A program made the position numbers and the translations under genes. A stretch of DNA of 61,907 nt, counting the filler. It is 4 parts of 4 records of this genome, joined end to end, with 100 filler letters (N's around TTAATTAATTAA, not from the genome) between each part and the next. Parts side by side here need not be neighbours in the genome. Positions count along the whole stretch, not along the records: positions 50,372 to 61,907 come from DRR723986_30451; 3 more parts are not named here. The stretch is one strand, 5' to 3'. Shown here one piece after another: positions 51,676-61,907 of this stretch (its first letter is position 1; each line of letters opens with the position of its first letter). The notes below the pieces were generated by a model, which was given only the letters and a program-made list of their open reading frames with translations, was not told the origin of the DNA and made no database searches.

Positions 51676-53730
51676 ATGTTGAGTCTAAACAGTATGCGAA
51701 AAATTGAATTATACAAATTACAGATCTATAAACGTCTTTATTATTTCATTCTTGGCGTAAGTTTTGTTCATAGGCCTGTTTCTTTTCTTCTTAACATGAG
51801 AAGGCGATACAAACGCTTAATTGTAGTCTGTAATGACATTGCTTTGTGTGTGCTTACGGTTTGGATCGCCTATTACCTTCGACTTGGCTTTTTCATTCCA
51901 CTTAAGGGTTTAGCACTGTACGTCGCTGCCACATCAACAGTTTTAGCAATTGCGACTTTTCAGATATTTGGCCTATACAGAACTGTTTTTAGATATTTTG
52001 GCGCTACTGCGCTTGCATTACTTATAAAGGCTGCGACTGTTTATGGCGTTTTATTCGCCGCAATTTTTACAGTTTATTCATTTACCGGAATTCCGAGAAC
52101 AGTTGGGCTGATTCAGCCGGTGCTCTTGATATTAGCCCTTAGCATATCCCGAGTTTTAGTTAGGCTTTGGTTCAGTTTTGAATCATCTGCAGGCCATCTC
52201 CATTCGACTTCGAATGTGCGCAATATCATGATTTATGGCACGGATGAAACTGGAAGACAGTTGGCTTCGTCAATCAGAGAAGATGCCCAAATCAAGCTAT
52301 GCGGTTTTTTAGATGAGGATCATTCTTTGCATGGACAGGTAATTAATGGTTGCGCAGTTTATAACCCAGCTGAAATAATGTTGCTCGTATCTAGGTTTAG
52401 TTTGACGGATGTTTTAGTGGCGTTGCCATCTGTTAGTCGCGCTCGTCGAAATGCCATCATTAGTAAAATTCGGGGCGCTAACGTAGCCGTACGTGCAGTA
52501 CCCAATCTATCAGATTTGGCGCGCGGTAGCGTTAAAGTTGCCGAATTTCGAGAGCTCGACATTGAGGATTTGTTGGGTAGAGAGCCCGTTGTTCCTTACA
52601 ATGATTTGCTTTCAAAAAATATAACAGGGAAAACTGTAATGGTTACAGGTGCCGGCGGATCTATCGGCAGCGAACTCTGTCAACAAATTGCCAAATTGCA
52701 GCCACGTATCCTTCTTCTAGTAGAAGGATCGGAGTATGCCTTGTACTCCATTCACGCGAAAATCACAGGCGTCCCACAACAGAGCGTCAAGGTATTCCCT
52801 TTGATTGCTTCTGTCTGCGACACGAACCGGATGCAACAAATTTTGTCAACATGGCAGGTCGATACAATATATCACGCCGCTGCATTCAAACATGTACCGA
52901 TTGTGGAACATAATATTGAAGAAGGAATAAAAAATAACGTTTTTGGCACATTAACATCTGCTCAAACCGCCATTGAAAATGGCGTTTCAAATTTTGTGCT
53001 TGTGAGCACAGATAAAGCCGTTCGCCCTACCAATATTATGGGAGCAAGCAAAAGACTCACAGAGATGTTAATTCAGGCCCTTGCATCCAATGAATGTAAA
53101 TCGACATACGCAGATATGCGAACAACATTTTCGATCGTTAGGTTTGGTAACGTCTTAAATTCATCTGGTTCTGTGGTCCCCCTTTTCAAACAGCAAATTC
53201 AAAAAGGTGGCCCAATAACTGTAACTCATCAAGATGTTACCAGATATTTCATGACAATACAGGAGGCGGCTCAGCTAGTAATTCAAGCAGGCGCTCTTGC
53301 TGAAGGCGGCGACGTTTTCCTTTTGGACATGGGGTACCCGGTCAAAATTATTGACTTAGCTATCAAAATGATTGAACTTTTTGGCCTAACAGTAAAAAAT
53401 AACACATTTAAGGATGGAGATATAGAGATTGCAATTGTAGGGCTTCGACCAGGCGAAAAGCTCTACGAGGAACTTCTCATCGCTGGCGATGCACGGAAAA
53501 CAATTCATCCCCGCATCATGAAAGCAAATGAACATTTTGTTGCCTGGGAAACTCTTGAGCCTCAGCTTAAATCCCTATTCAATATGTTAAATCTCGGACA
53601 GATTGAACAGGTACATAAAACTATGGTGGAATTGGTAAGTGAATATCAACCAACAACCGAAATAGTTGACTGGGTACATCTCGCAACCCATCGCGCAGGC
53701 CATTCAGCTATTGATTCAGATGCTAAATGA
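51676..53730 (+). CDS. Membrane-bound UDP-GlcNAc 4,6-dehydratase (PglF/WbpM/CapD family)
   Basis: 4 TM, EDLLGR, TGAGGSIGSE, STDKAVRPTNIMGASKR, RFGNVL, GLRPGEKL; start uncertain. Confidence 0.93.
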   Translation: MLSLNSMRKIELYKLQIYKRLYYFILGVSFVHRPVSFLLNMRRRYKRLIVVCNDIALCVLTVWIAYYLRLGFFIPLKGLALYVAATSTVLAIATFQIFGLYRTVFRYFGATALALLIKAATVYGVLFAAIFTVYSFTGIPRTVGLIQPVLLILALSISRVLVRLWFSFESSAGHLHSTSNVRNIMIYGTDETGRQLASSIREDAQIKLCGFLDEDHSLHGQVINGCAVYNPAEIMLLVSRFSLTDVLVALPSVSRARRNAIISKIRGANVAVRAVPNLSDLARGSVKVAEFRELDIEDLLGREPVVPYNDLLSKNITGKTVMVTGAGGSIGSELCQQIAKLQPRILLLVEGSEYALYSIHAKITGVPQQSVKVFPLIASVCDTNRMQQILSTWQVDTIYHAAAFKHVPIVEHNIEEGIKNNVFGTLTSAQTAIENGVSNFVLVSTDKAVRPTNIMGASKRLTEMLIQALASNECKSTYADMRTTFSIVRFGNVLNSSGSVVPLFKQQIQKGGPITVTHQDVTRYFMTIQEAAQLVIQAGALAEGGDVFLLDMGYPVKIIDLAIKMIELFGLTVKNNTFKDGDIEIAIVGLRPGEKLYEELLIAGDARKTIHPRIMKANEHFVAWETLEPQLKSLFNMLNLGQIEQVHKTMVELVSEYQPTTEIVDWVHLATHRAGHSAIDSDAK

Positions 53731-54156
53731 AGAATTAATTATATGCATGGAAATATACGCGGCATGAAAATTGATGCACAAAAAATGTAACATTTAATTA
53801 AAATGGTTTTGTTCAACATAGAAAGACAAGCTAGTGGTGACATTGTGTCGTAAATTCACTGTCGATTTCTAATCCATGGGCTCGGTTGTGGCACCATGCG
53901 AGGAAACCTGACCTTTTGCCGAGATAGCGATCAGGTAATCTGAGCGCGAGCCTAGGCCATTTGATGCTTATAAAACATAGTAACCAATGTGATTGGCAGA
54001 TTCAGTATATCTTGAAACAATCAACTCTATTTTAAAAAATCGCGCCCGCCTCTGGACATAAAACATCTAACACCTCATTATGACACTCGAACGCACAACA
54101 TTAAAATGTAGTCATTGCCAAGTAACATATCGTCAGACACGAAAATACATCACATT

Positions 54157-55095
54157 ATGACCATACGAAACGAAATTTTAGTAACAGGTGCAAACGGTTT
54201 TTTGGGGCGTATCCTAGTGAAATTTTTAGATAGTAAGAATTGGTGCGTCATTGCAGGTACGCGCCTAGGCGATGGCACGACTCGTTCTTCAGTAGCCTCT
54301 GTTTCTTATGGAAGTTTTCCAAATATACGAAATTTATCGTCCACTTTGCAACGTGTACAGACTATAGTACATTGTGCTGGCCGAGCTCATGTTTCTAACA
54401 GATCCAAAGACAACTCTTTAGCAAATTTTCGACGGGTAAATCGAGACGGCACCATAGCGTTGGCCCGCCAAGCAGCTGATGCGGGTGTGGAGCGTTTTAT
54501 CTTCATCTCCAGTATTGGCGTAAATGGAAATCAAACGACCGACATGCCCTTCAAGGCTGATGACCCACCTGACCCACAAGCAGCCTATGCAGTCTCTAAG
54601 TTTGAGGCAGAATGCGAATTGAGTAAATTATCAATAGAAACCGGCCTTAATATTATTATTATAAGACCTCCGTTGATTGTGGGATCAAATCCTGTTGGTA
54701 ACTTGGGCGTAATTGAGCGACTGTTGAAAAAAAAAGTTCCGCTTCCTTTTGGCGCCGCCACCAAAAATAAACGATCTGTGGTGTCCGGAAATACCTTGGC
54801 ATCATTAGTGGAAGTTTGTTTGACACATCCAAGGGCTTTGAATCAGGTCTTCCTTATATCCAATGGTAGTTCGATGCACACTCGGGCTATTTTTTGTTAT
54901 CTCGCTAGAGAAGTCGGACACAAAGTTAGATTTCTTCCTGTTCCGCTATTTTTACTGCGTTTATTATTGAAGGTTACATTCCAAAAGGGCATGGAAGGGC
55001 AGTTACTTGGTAATTTAGAAGTCGACATCTCTAAAACTATACGCCGCTTAAATTGGAAGCCGCATGATAATTATTTTAAACACGAAACTCGCTAA
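54157..55095 (+). CDS. NAD-dependent epimerase/reductase (WbpK/WbpV-like)
   Basis: VTGANGFLG, HCAGRAH, YAVSK; ATG 54157. Confidence 0.88.
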   Translation: MTIRNEILVTGANGFLGRILVKFLDSKNWCVIAGTRLGDGTTRSSVASVSYGSFPNIRNLSSTLQRVQTIVHCAGRAHVSNRSKDNSLANFRRVNRDGTIALARQAADAGVERFIFISSIGVNGNQTTDMPFKADDPPDPQAAYAVSKFEAECELSKLSIETGLNIIIIRPPLIVGSNPVGNLGVIERLLKKKVPLPFGAATKNKRSVVSGNTLASLVEVCLTHPRALNQVFLISNGSSMHTRAIFCYLAREVGHKVRFLPVPLFLLRLLLKVTFQKGMEGQLLGNLEVDISKTIRRLNWKPHDNYFKHETR

Positions 55096-55545
55096 AATTA
55101 AGTACCACTCTAGCACGCAATCATTTTTAAACTAGAGTCAAAACTCGAACTTAGAGATAGAGTTGTTTCTCTACCGTTGAGGAAAACATACAAAAGAGCC
55201 TCCTAGTTTTGGCTCGCAAGGATGTGCAATGAAATAAGCCGTTGTCAAGGTGCATCAAAGTGTGTTTCATGAGCCGACGTTATCGTGTGCACTGACAAAC
55301 CTTCACAATGGACACTTAGCATGGTTCAAAGATTAGCCAAGCAAAAGAGCCGTTAAACGCTGCCCAAGCGGATAAGCATAGTTTGAAAGTCGGTAATTGC
55401 ACAGGTATTGCAACTACTGTGATAATCTACATATAATCGACGAGGCTAGTTGGTTAATGACTGCCGTGGGACCGAATACTGTATGAATTTTTAGAAATTT
55501 TTATGTATAGTCGAGTATTGAACTGCATCTACTGTCGGAGCGATA

Positions 55546-56364
55546 ATGACTTTACCTAAATTAAGCTTACTAACTGCATGCTACAATAGTTCCACGACGA
55601 TTGGCGACACAATATTATCAGTAAATACACAGACTTATTCAAATATAGAGCACATTATCATTGATGGGGCCTCTTCAGACAGTACAGTCAAAATAGCAAA
55701 AAAAATAGGCAAGCGGATCAATAAGATAACTTCTGAATCGGATGATGGTATTTATGATGCGTACAATAAAGGCCTTTCATACGCGACCGGTGAAATAATT
55801 GGTTTTATTAACTCCGACGACTTTTATTGCACGGAGACAGTTTGTGAGCGTGTAATGAGCATATTTGAAAACCCTGAGGTGGATGCTTGCCACGCAAATT
55901 TAGTCTACGTTCACGCTGATCATACGGATCGAGTTTTGCGATATTGGAAATCTCGTAAAATCACCCAAAAATCATTGTCTTGGGGCTTTATACCTGCACA
56001 CCCGACGGTGTTTATGCGAAGGAAAGTCTATGATAAAATTGGACACTTTGATTTAAGCTACAAATTAGCAAGCGATTACGAATTCCTACTACGAGCATTT
56101 TATAAGCACAGGATTTCTTCGGTGTATGTTCCCGAAATATGGGTTCGAATGCGAGCCGGTGGAGCTACCGGTGGTTCTATTAGAAGCATTCTTCTTCAAA
56201 ACGAGGAAATTAGAGCAGCTCAAAAATATCATGGAGTTAAGTGTTCGGCTCTTGCATATGGCGTCGCCAAAGTATCGGATCGGCTAATACAGCGTATACG
56301 CGGCCCTTTTGCCCCAGTACTTAATAAAATAGTAAGCCAACCTAATACTATGAATGAGCGTTAG
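55546..56364 (+). CDS. Glycosyltransferase family 2 (WcaE-like)
   Basis: IDGASSD, GIYDAYNKG, INSDD, PAHPT, DYE, MRAGG. Confidence 0.9.
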   Translation: MTLPKLSLLTACYNSSTTIGDTILSVNTQTYSNIEHIIIDGASSDSTVKIAKKIGKRINKITSESDDGIYDAYNKGLSYATGEIIGFINSDDFYCTETVCERVMSIFENPEVDACHANLVYVHADHTDRVLRYWKSRKITQKSLSWGFIPAHPTVFMRRKVYDKIGHFDLSYKLASDYEFLLRAFYKHRISSVYVPEIWVRMRAGGATGGSIRSILLQNEEIRAAQKYHGVKCSALAYGVAKVSDRLIQRIRGPFAPVLNKIVSQPNTMNER

Positions 56365-56783
56365 CTTAATTAGTAACTAATATTGGTTTGCCATCATATC
56401 TAGTTAGGGCGGGAGAGAGTCGTTACCTGAATTATCTGGTTGTTTGTTGGAAAAGTTAAGTGCATGAACCATATGTATGGATAATCTTCAGGGGATGGAT
56501 ATTTTCCATAGGCTGAATTAAAGTCCATTTTGTTACTCCATAACCAAAATTAATAGTGTTCCCTGATAAATTAACTTTAATAAGTTGATAGTGTATTGTT
56601 GTTAAGGGTTTTATTTTTTTTTAGTTCCAAGTATGCATCAATTAAATACATAAGTGAGAAATATTTGTAATATTGAGTAAATACGAAAATCATAGCGTGT
56701 AAATCATCTAACTTCTTCTCAAGATTCCCTCGCGTTTATTGGTTTGATCTTTTTGTTGTCACACTAAAATAAAGGTGCACCGT

Positions 56784-58058
56784 ATGTTTAATATTGATAC
56801 GGCTAAAGTTGCCGTAATTGGCTTGGGTTATGTTGGCCTGCCGCTTTCCGTCGAATTTGGCCGGCTTCGACCTACTTTAGGCTTTGACATTAATCCTTTG
56901 CGCATTGAAGAATTACTACAGGGACATGATTTGACGCGCGAAGTCGACACTCACGAATTGGCAGCTGCAACCCATCTTGTGGTAACCAACGATGTCTCCA
57001 CGTTGCCCAACTATTCAGTATACATTGTTACAGTTCCAACTCCGATAGACGAATTTAAGCGACCCGACCTCACACCACTTTTACAAGCCACTAAAACCAT
57101 CGGAAAAGCGCTTAGCGCAGGTGATGTCGTGATATACGAAAGTACTGTATATCCTGGGGCAACAGAAGAGGATTGCGTACCGTTATTAGAACAGGTTTCG
57201 GGATTAACTTTCAATAAAGATTTTTTTGTCGGCTACAGCCCGGAGCGGATAAATCCAGGAGACCGTGAGCACAGGCTACCCACGATAAAAAAAGTAACAG
57301 CCGGTTCCACGCCGGAAACAGCTGATTTTGTTGACCGACTATACGGCACCATTATCAAAGCAGGCACATACAAAGCGCCTTCAATTCGAGTAGCCGAAGC
57401 CGCCAAAGTAATTGAAAATACACAGCGCGATGTCAATATTGCATTGATTAACGAGCTAGCGGTTATCTTCGATAAAATGGGAATTGACACTTTGGAGGTT
57501 CTAGAGGCAGCTGGCACAAAGTGGAATTTCTTACCCTTTCGACCAGGACTGGTGGGTGGGCACTGTGTCGGCGTTGACCCCTATTACCTCACACATAAAG
57601 CCCAAAGCTTAGGGTATAATCCAGAGGTTGTCCTCGCTGGGCGTCGTATAAATGACGCAATGGGATCATTTGTTGTCAATCGCCTGGTGCGTGATATGAT
57701 CGAGCATGGTGTTAAGATTAAAGGTTCGCGCGCGCTAATTTTAGGTATTACATTTAAAGAAAACTGTCCTGATACTCGTAATACACGAGTGATCGATATT
57801 ATTAATGAAGCCCGCACTTTTGGCTTATCAGTAGATGTTTATGATCCCATTGCCTCGTCACAGGCGGTCGCAAATGAGTATGGAATAGAACTCATTGACT
57901 CTCCCCAAGACATTTATGATGCGATAGTGTTGACCGTAAGTCATGATTTATTTCGGGAAATACTTCCGAATGCCTTAGTTGACTGGGGCCATCCCAAAAC
58001 CGTAGTGTATGATCTTAAGGGTATCCTGCCGCGTGAGGTTGGTGCCCGTCGCCTATAG
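56784..58058 (+). CDS. UDP-N-acetylhexosamine 6-dehydrogenase (TviB/WbpO-like)
   Basis: GLGYVGLP, ESTVYPG, YSPERINPG, GGHC, FKENCPD. Confidence 0.93.
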   Translation: MFNIDTAKVAVIGLGYVGLPLSVEFGRLRPTLGFDINPLRIEELLQGHDLTREVDTHELAAATHLVVTNDVSTLPNYSVYIVTVPTPIDEFKRPDLTPLLQATKTIGKALSAGDVVIYESTVYPGATEEDCVPLLEQVSGLTFNKDFFVGYSPERINPGDREHRLPTIKKVTAGSTPETADFVDRLYGTIIKAGTYKAPSIRVAEAAKVIENTQRDVNIALINELAVIFDKMGIDTLEVLEAAGTKWNFLPFRPGLVGGHCVGVDPYYLTHKAQSLGYNPEVVLAGRRINDAMGSFVVNRLVRDMIEHGVKIKGSRALILGITFKENCPDTRNTRVIDIINEARTFGLSVDVYDPIASSQAVANEYGIELIDSPQDIYDAIVLTVSHDLFREILPNALVDWGHPKTVVYDLKGILPREVGARRL

Positions 58059-58085
58059 AAATATGTTTGCAGTAGTTAGGAGAAA

Positions 58086-59141
58086 TTGATGAAAATAGGC
58101 TCGAGAGCAATCGGCCCAAATCACTCCCCTTTTATTATAGCTGAAGTTGCCCAAAGCCATGAGGGCAGCCTTGGACAGGCAATGGCGTTTATTGATGTGG
58201 CTGCCAATTGTGGAGCTGACGCCATTAAGTTTCAAACACATATACCGAACGAGGAAAGCACTCGCGCCGAACCATGGCGGATAAAATTCAGCCCTCAAGA
58301 TGACACACGTTTTGAATATTGGGAAAGGATGGCGTTTAGACAAAGAGACTGGGCTAGGCTTAAAGAGCATGCAGATGAAAAAGGCCTCCTTTTTCTTAGT
58401 TCGCCCTTTTCTGTCTTGGCCTGCGATTGGCTACAAGACCTTGAGGTGCCAGCATGGAAAATTGCTTCAGGAGAAGTTTTCAACGAAGAACTATTGAATC
58501 GGATTGAAATCACAAAAAAGCCTATTATCTTGTCGTCTGGTTTAAATGCTCAGTCCGTGAGTCAGATGTTAGTTGAACGATTTACAAATCAGGGTATAGA
58601 TGTCGCGTTATTGCATTGCACAACCATGTATCCTACTCCGCCTGAGCAAGTTGGACTCAATGTGATGCAACAGTTTCGTAAACATTTTGGGGCTAGAATA
58701 CAGATTGGCTTATCAGATCACTCCGGTACCCCTTTCCCTGGAATTGTGGCTGCGTACCAAGGTGCATCTATTCTGGAGGCGCATTTAACTTTACATCCAC
58801 AAATGTTCGGTCCAGATGTACCGGCATCCTTATCGCCCGATCAATTTAAAGTTCTAGTTGACGGAGTGAAATTTGCCTGGTCCATGCGACAGTCTCCGGT
58901 AGTCAAGGATTTTCAATTAGCTGACTTGGAGAAAGAAAAACAGATTTTTACTCGGTCGCTGGTCGCCAAAAGAAATTTACCAGCCGGGCATCGAATCACA
59001 CTGGAAGATATATCATACAAGAAGCCTGGTGGCGGGATGACCTACGAACAACGAGATCAATTAGTTGGAAATAAATTGTTGTGTTCAATCGAGATGGATA
59101 CAATTTTGTCTTTAGCTCATTTATCAGAGGAAATAGCATGA
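58086..59141 (+). CDS. neuB: Nonulosonic acid synthase (NeuB family)
   Basis: IIAEVAQSHEG, KFQT, KIASGE, GLSDHS, C-terminal AFP-like domain with KKPG. Confidence 0.9.
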   Translation: MMKIGSRAIGPNHSPFIIAEVAQSHEGSLGQAMAFIDVAANCGADAIKFQTHIPNEESTRAEPWRIKFSPQDDTRFEYWERMAFRQRDWARLKEHADEKGLLFLSSPFSVLACDWLQDLEVPAWKIASGEVFNEELLNRIEITKKPIILSSGLNAQSVSQMLVERFTNQGIDVALLHCTTMYPTPPEQVGLNVMQQFRKHFGARIQIGLSDHSGTPFPGIVAAYQGASILEAHLTLHPQMFGPDVPASLSPDQFKVLVDGVKFAWSMRQSPVVKDFQLADLEKEKQIFTRSLVAKRNLPAGHRITLEDISYKKPGGGMTYEQRDQLVGNKLLCSIEMDTILSLAHLSEEIA

Positions 59142-60292
59142 TAAATGTTTGCGTTGCTGTGACAGCCCGGCCTAGCTACTCGCGAATTAAGTCTGCACTT
59201 ACAGCAATGCAATTGGATCCTAGGTTTTGCCTATCTATAATTTGCTCTGGTTCAGCGCTATTGGACCGTTATGGCAAGGTTGTCGACAACATCCGGCAAG
59301 ATGGTTTTGATGTTGTTGAAGAGTTATACACATTTGTAGAGGGTGATGAACCGATTAATATGGCTCTGACTGCTGCACAAACCCTATCCGGGACCGCAAT
59401 GGTAATTAAACGACTGCAGCCGGACTTCGTTCTAAGTATAGCGGACCGTTATGAAACTATCGGTACTGCCATTGCCGCCAGTTACTGCGGCTTTCCACTT
59501 ATCCACGTGCAAGGAGGCGAAGTAACTGGCAACATTGACGAACGCGTTCGTCACGCTGTTACAAAGCTTGCAGATGTACATCTTGTTGCTAACGAAGATG
59601 CTGCACAACGAGTGAGGCAAATGGGCGAAAATTACAACGCCGTTTTTGTTACCGGTTGTCCTTCGCTCGATATTGTTGATGAAGCCCGTGGATTACCGCT
59701 TGCAATGGTTCAAGCTGCTGTGGATGAACAAGGAGTAGGAGCAAACGTCGATCTCGAGCAACCCTTTGTTGTTGTGCTCCAGCATCCTGAAACCGATAGC
59801 CATGAAGAAAGCTTTAAGCGAACGAAACTTACGTTGGATGCGCTTAGTGAATTGCATATGCCAGCCCTAGTGTTTTGGCCCAACGTGGATGCGGGTTCCG
59901 ACGGCACAGCGAAAGCAATACGTGTAATGCGTGAAGGCGGTAAACTGCCCGCAACGCGGTTCAACAAAAACCTAGACGGTCGAGTGTTCCTGCGCCTGCT
60001 AATGCAATCTAAATGCCTTATTGGGAATTCCAGTGTTGGGATCAGAGAGTGCTCACTACTTGGGTTGCCCGTTGTAAACATCGGTGGTCGCCAGGCAGGG
60101 CGTGCGCGCGGTTCCAATGTTTGCGACGTTGACTGGTCAAAAGAGGAAATAATAATGGCAATTAGAAAGCAAATAGACGCAGGTACCTATACCAAAAGTC
60201 AATTATACGGAGACGGGACCGCTGGGATTAAAATTGCTAATACAATAGCGGAGTTATCACCTATGCTGGCGAAAAAATTCCATGATGCCTAG
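59138..60292 (+). CDS. neuC: Hydrolysing UDP-GlcNAc 2-epimerase (NeuC family)
   Basis: ADRYE, HVQGGE..G.IDE..RHA.TK, GNSS.GIRE, YGDG; ATGA overlap with neuB. Confidence 0.92.
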   Translation: MINVCVAVTARPSYSRIKSALTAMQLDPRFCLSIICSGSALLDRYGKVVDNIRQDGFDVVEELYTFVEGDEPINMALTAAQTLSGTAMVIKRLQPDFVLSIADRYETIGTAIAASYCGFPLIHVQGGEVTGNIDERVRHAVTKLADVHLVANEDAAQRVRQMGENYNAVFVTGCPSLDIVDEARGLPLAMVQAAVDEQGVGANVDLEQPFVVVLQHPETDSHEESFKRTKLTLDALSELHMPALVFWPNVDAGSDGTAKAIRVMREGGKLPATRFNKNLDGRVFLRLLMQSKCLIGNSSVGIRECSLLGLPVVNIGGRQAGRARGSNVCDVDWSKEEIIMAIRKQIDAGTYTKSQLYGDGTAGIKIANTIAELSPMLAKKFHDA

Positions 60293-60980
60293 GGTTCTTG
60301 CTCTTATTCCGGCTCGTGGTGGTTCAAAAGGAGTGCCAAATAAAAATGTCCGCCCTATAGCTGGAAAACCATTGATTCTCTATAGTATAGAACAAGCCTT
60401 GAGCGCCGGCACAATCACCGATGTGGCCGTTTCTTCTGACGACAGTCGCATTCTGGACATGGCCGCTACATGTAATGTTTTGCCTCTTCGACGACCAATC
60501 GAGATGGCTCAAGATGAAAGTTCCGTCATTGACGCGATACGCCACACCATCCATATTTTAGGGTCCTACGATGCCGTGGTTTTAATGCAGCCTACCTCGC
60601 CGTTACGGACTCCGTCTGACATAGACGCTGCCGTAGCATTATTTTTTTCGTCGGGCAAACCTGTATGTAGCGTTGTTCAAGTTGAAGACAATCACCCTGC
60701 ACGAATGTACACAGTTAAGCACGTAGAGAAAAAGCAAACGTTGATCCCAATGATTCCGGATTTGAGCCGAATTCGCCGCCAGGACCTTCCACCAGTTTAC
60801 TTGCGCAATGGGGCCCTTTACGTCTTTGGCTCAACGGAAATTTCAAAAGGTATTATTATTACTGAAGACATGAGTCCATATATAATGCCTGCTTCCAAAT
60901 CTGTAAATATCGATACCGAAGAAGACTTTAAACTCATTCGAATCATTATGGAAGAAAATGACACTGATATTACTCAATGA
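60282..60980 (+). CDS. neuA: Acylneuraminate cytidylyltransferase (NeuA family)
   Basis: IPARGGSKGVPNKN, QPTSPLR, RRQD, NGA, IDTEED. Confidence 0.92.
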   Translation: MMPRVLALIPARGGSKGVPNKNVRPIAGKPLILYSIEQALSAGTITDVAVSSDDSRILDMAATCNVLPLRRPIEMAQDESSVIDAIRHTIHILGSYDAVVLMQPTSPLRTPSDIDAAVALFFSSGKPVCSVVQVEDNHPARMYTVKHVEKKQTLIPMIPDLSRIRRQDLPPVYLRNGALYVFGSTEISKGIIITEDMSPYIMPASKSVNIDTEEDFKLIRIIMEENDTDITQ

Positions 60981-61872
60981 ACCGGAAGCTTTTCCTACGA
61001 CAGCTTTAAGACGACTAAGAAAATTGGCTCCCGTAGTTACATCAGAAGATAGCTTCGCCCCGAGTGAAGTCCGCGCAGTCTTTGTCCGGCTTGCACATAT
61101 AGTTGATGCTGCTTTTTTGGCTCAGTACCCCAATTTGGTTTTTGTTGTTTCCCCCACAACTGGACTAAACCACGTTGACTTGTCAGCTTTAGCAGCTGCT
61201 AATGTAACAATCCTTAGCTTAAACGGCTGTACAGATTTCTTAGATACCATCCATGCAACTGCAGAGCATACTTTGGCGCTGGCATTGGCATTGATTCGAA
61301 AACTACCTGCCGCAGTGCAGGCCGTGAAACAGGGGGAATGGAATCGTTATCCGTTTAAAGGCGAGGAACTCGCCCGTAAGAAAGTATTTATACTTGGCTA
61401 CGGCCGCCTAGGCAGGCAGGTCCATAAATTATATGCAGCTTTTGGCTGTACAGTAACTGCGTTCGATACCCTGCCTAGCCGCGTACCTGCGAGTATTGCT
61501 GTACCTATCGAAGAGGGTTTTGAACAGGCTGATATAATATCTGTTCACGTCAACCTCACACCCTCTAGCGCCGGTTTGATTGGGCCAAAATTGCTTAGCA
61601 AACTCAAGAAAAGCTCGTTGATTATCAATACGTCGCGTGGTGAGGTTTTCGATCAAGAAGCACTGTTTGATCAGCTCTCTGAAGGTGGCATCGCTGGAGC
61701 AGCACTAGACGTACTCTGCGAAGAACCTGATCCACTGTCTTTGAAAGTACGCTCCAAAATCGATTCACTAGGTGATCGTTTAATAATTACGCCTCACATT
61801 TCTGGATTTACAAATGATTCACTGGAGCGAGTTGAAGGCTTTATGGTCAAACAACTTGAAGAAGTATGGTAG
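60958..61872 (+). CDS. D-isomer-specific 2-hydroxyacid dehydrogenase family protein
   Basis: ATAEH, GYGRLG, INTSRG, LDV..EP, TPHISG. Confidence 0.9.
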   Translation: MTLILLNEPEAFPTTALRRLRKLAPVVTSEDSFAPSEVRAVFVRLAHIVDAAFLAQYPNLVFVVSPTTGLNHVDLSALAAANVTILSLNGCTDFLDTIHATAEHTLALALALIRKLPAAVQAVKQGEWNRYPFKGEELARKKVFILGYGRLGRQVHKLYAAFGCTVTAFDTLPSRVPASIAVPIEEGFEQADIISVHVNLTPSSAGLIGPKLLSKLKKSSLIINTSRGEVFDQEALFDQLSEGGIAGAALDVLCEEPDPLSLKVRSKIDSLGDRLIITPHISGFTNDSLERVEGFMVKQLEEVW

Positions 61873-61907
61873 AGGGAGCCCAGATTTGAGCATTGAAAAA
61901 TACACCT

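Overview
The window is four unrelated contigs joined by artificial 100-nt linkers (N44-TTAATTAATTAA-N44 at 17012-17111, 22971-23070, 50272-50371), so neighbourhoods cannot be read across the joins. (1) 1-17011, Bacteroidota-like (probably Cyclobacteriaceae): TonB-dependent receptor plus phosphodiesterase, Crp/Fnr regulator, smc, a broken GxxExxY gene inside long inverted repeats, a Rieske-YceI-beta-barrel operon, a GT-C-type transferase, a WYL regulator with two TGAC-N7-GTCA palindromes, and a subtilase. (2) 17112-22970, GC-rich Gammaproteobacteria-like: PAS-GGDEF-EAL protein, lipoprotein Ntn acylase, SAM methyltransferase, partial trkH. (3) 23071-50271, Alphaproteobacteria-like: degP, serB, miaA, ilvIHC, Leu-rich leader plus leuA, mreBCD-mrdA-rodA, a luxR-luxI pair, zur, msrA, mscS and others, ending in an rRNA-operon promoter/leader. 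(4) 50372-61907: IS3 remnant and a surface-glycan locus with neuB-neuC-neuA. Best novelty candidates: (a) a LuxI resembling the acyl-CoA-dependent BjaI/RpaI clade but lacking their WW platform and carrying a long C-terminal extension, (b) the inverted-repeat-bounded GxxExxY cassette, (c) the WYL operator pair, (d) structured leaders upstream of crp and ilvI. Family and taxon calls come from motif recognition by eye; no database search was run.
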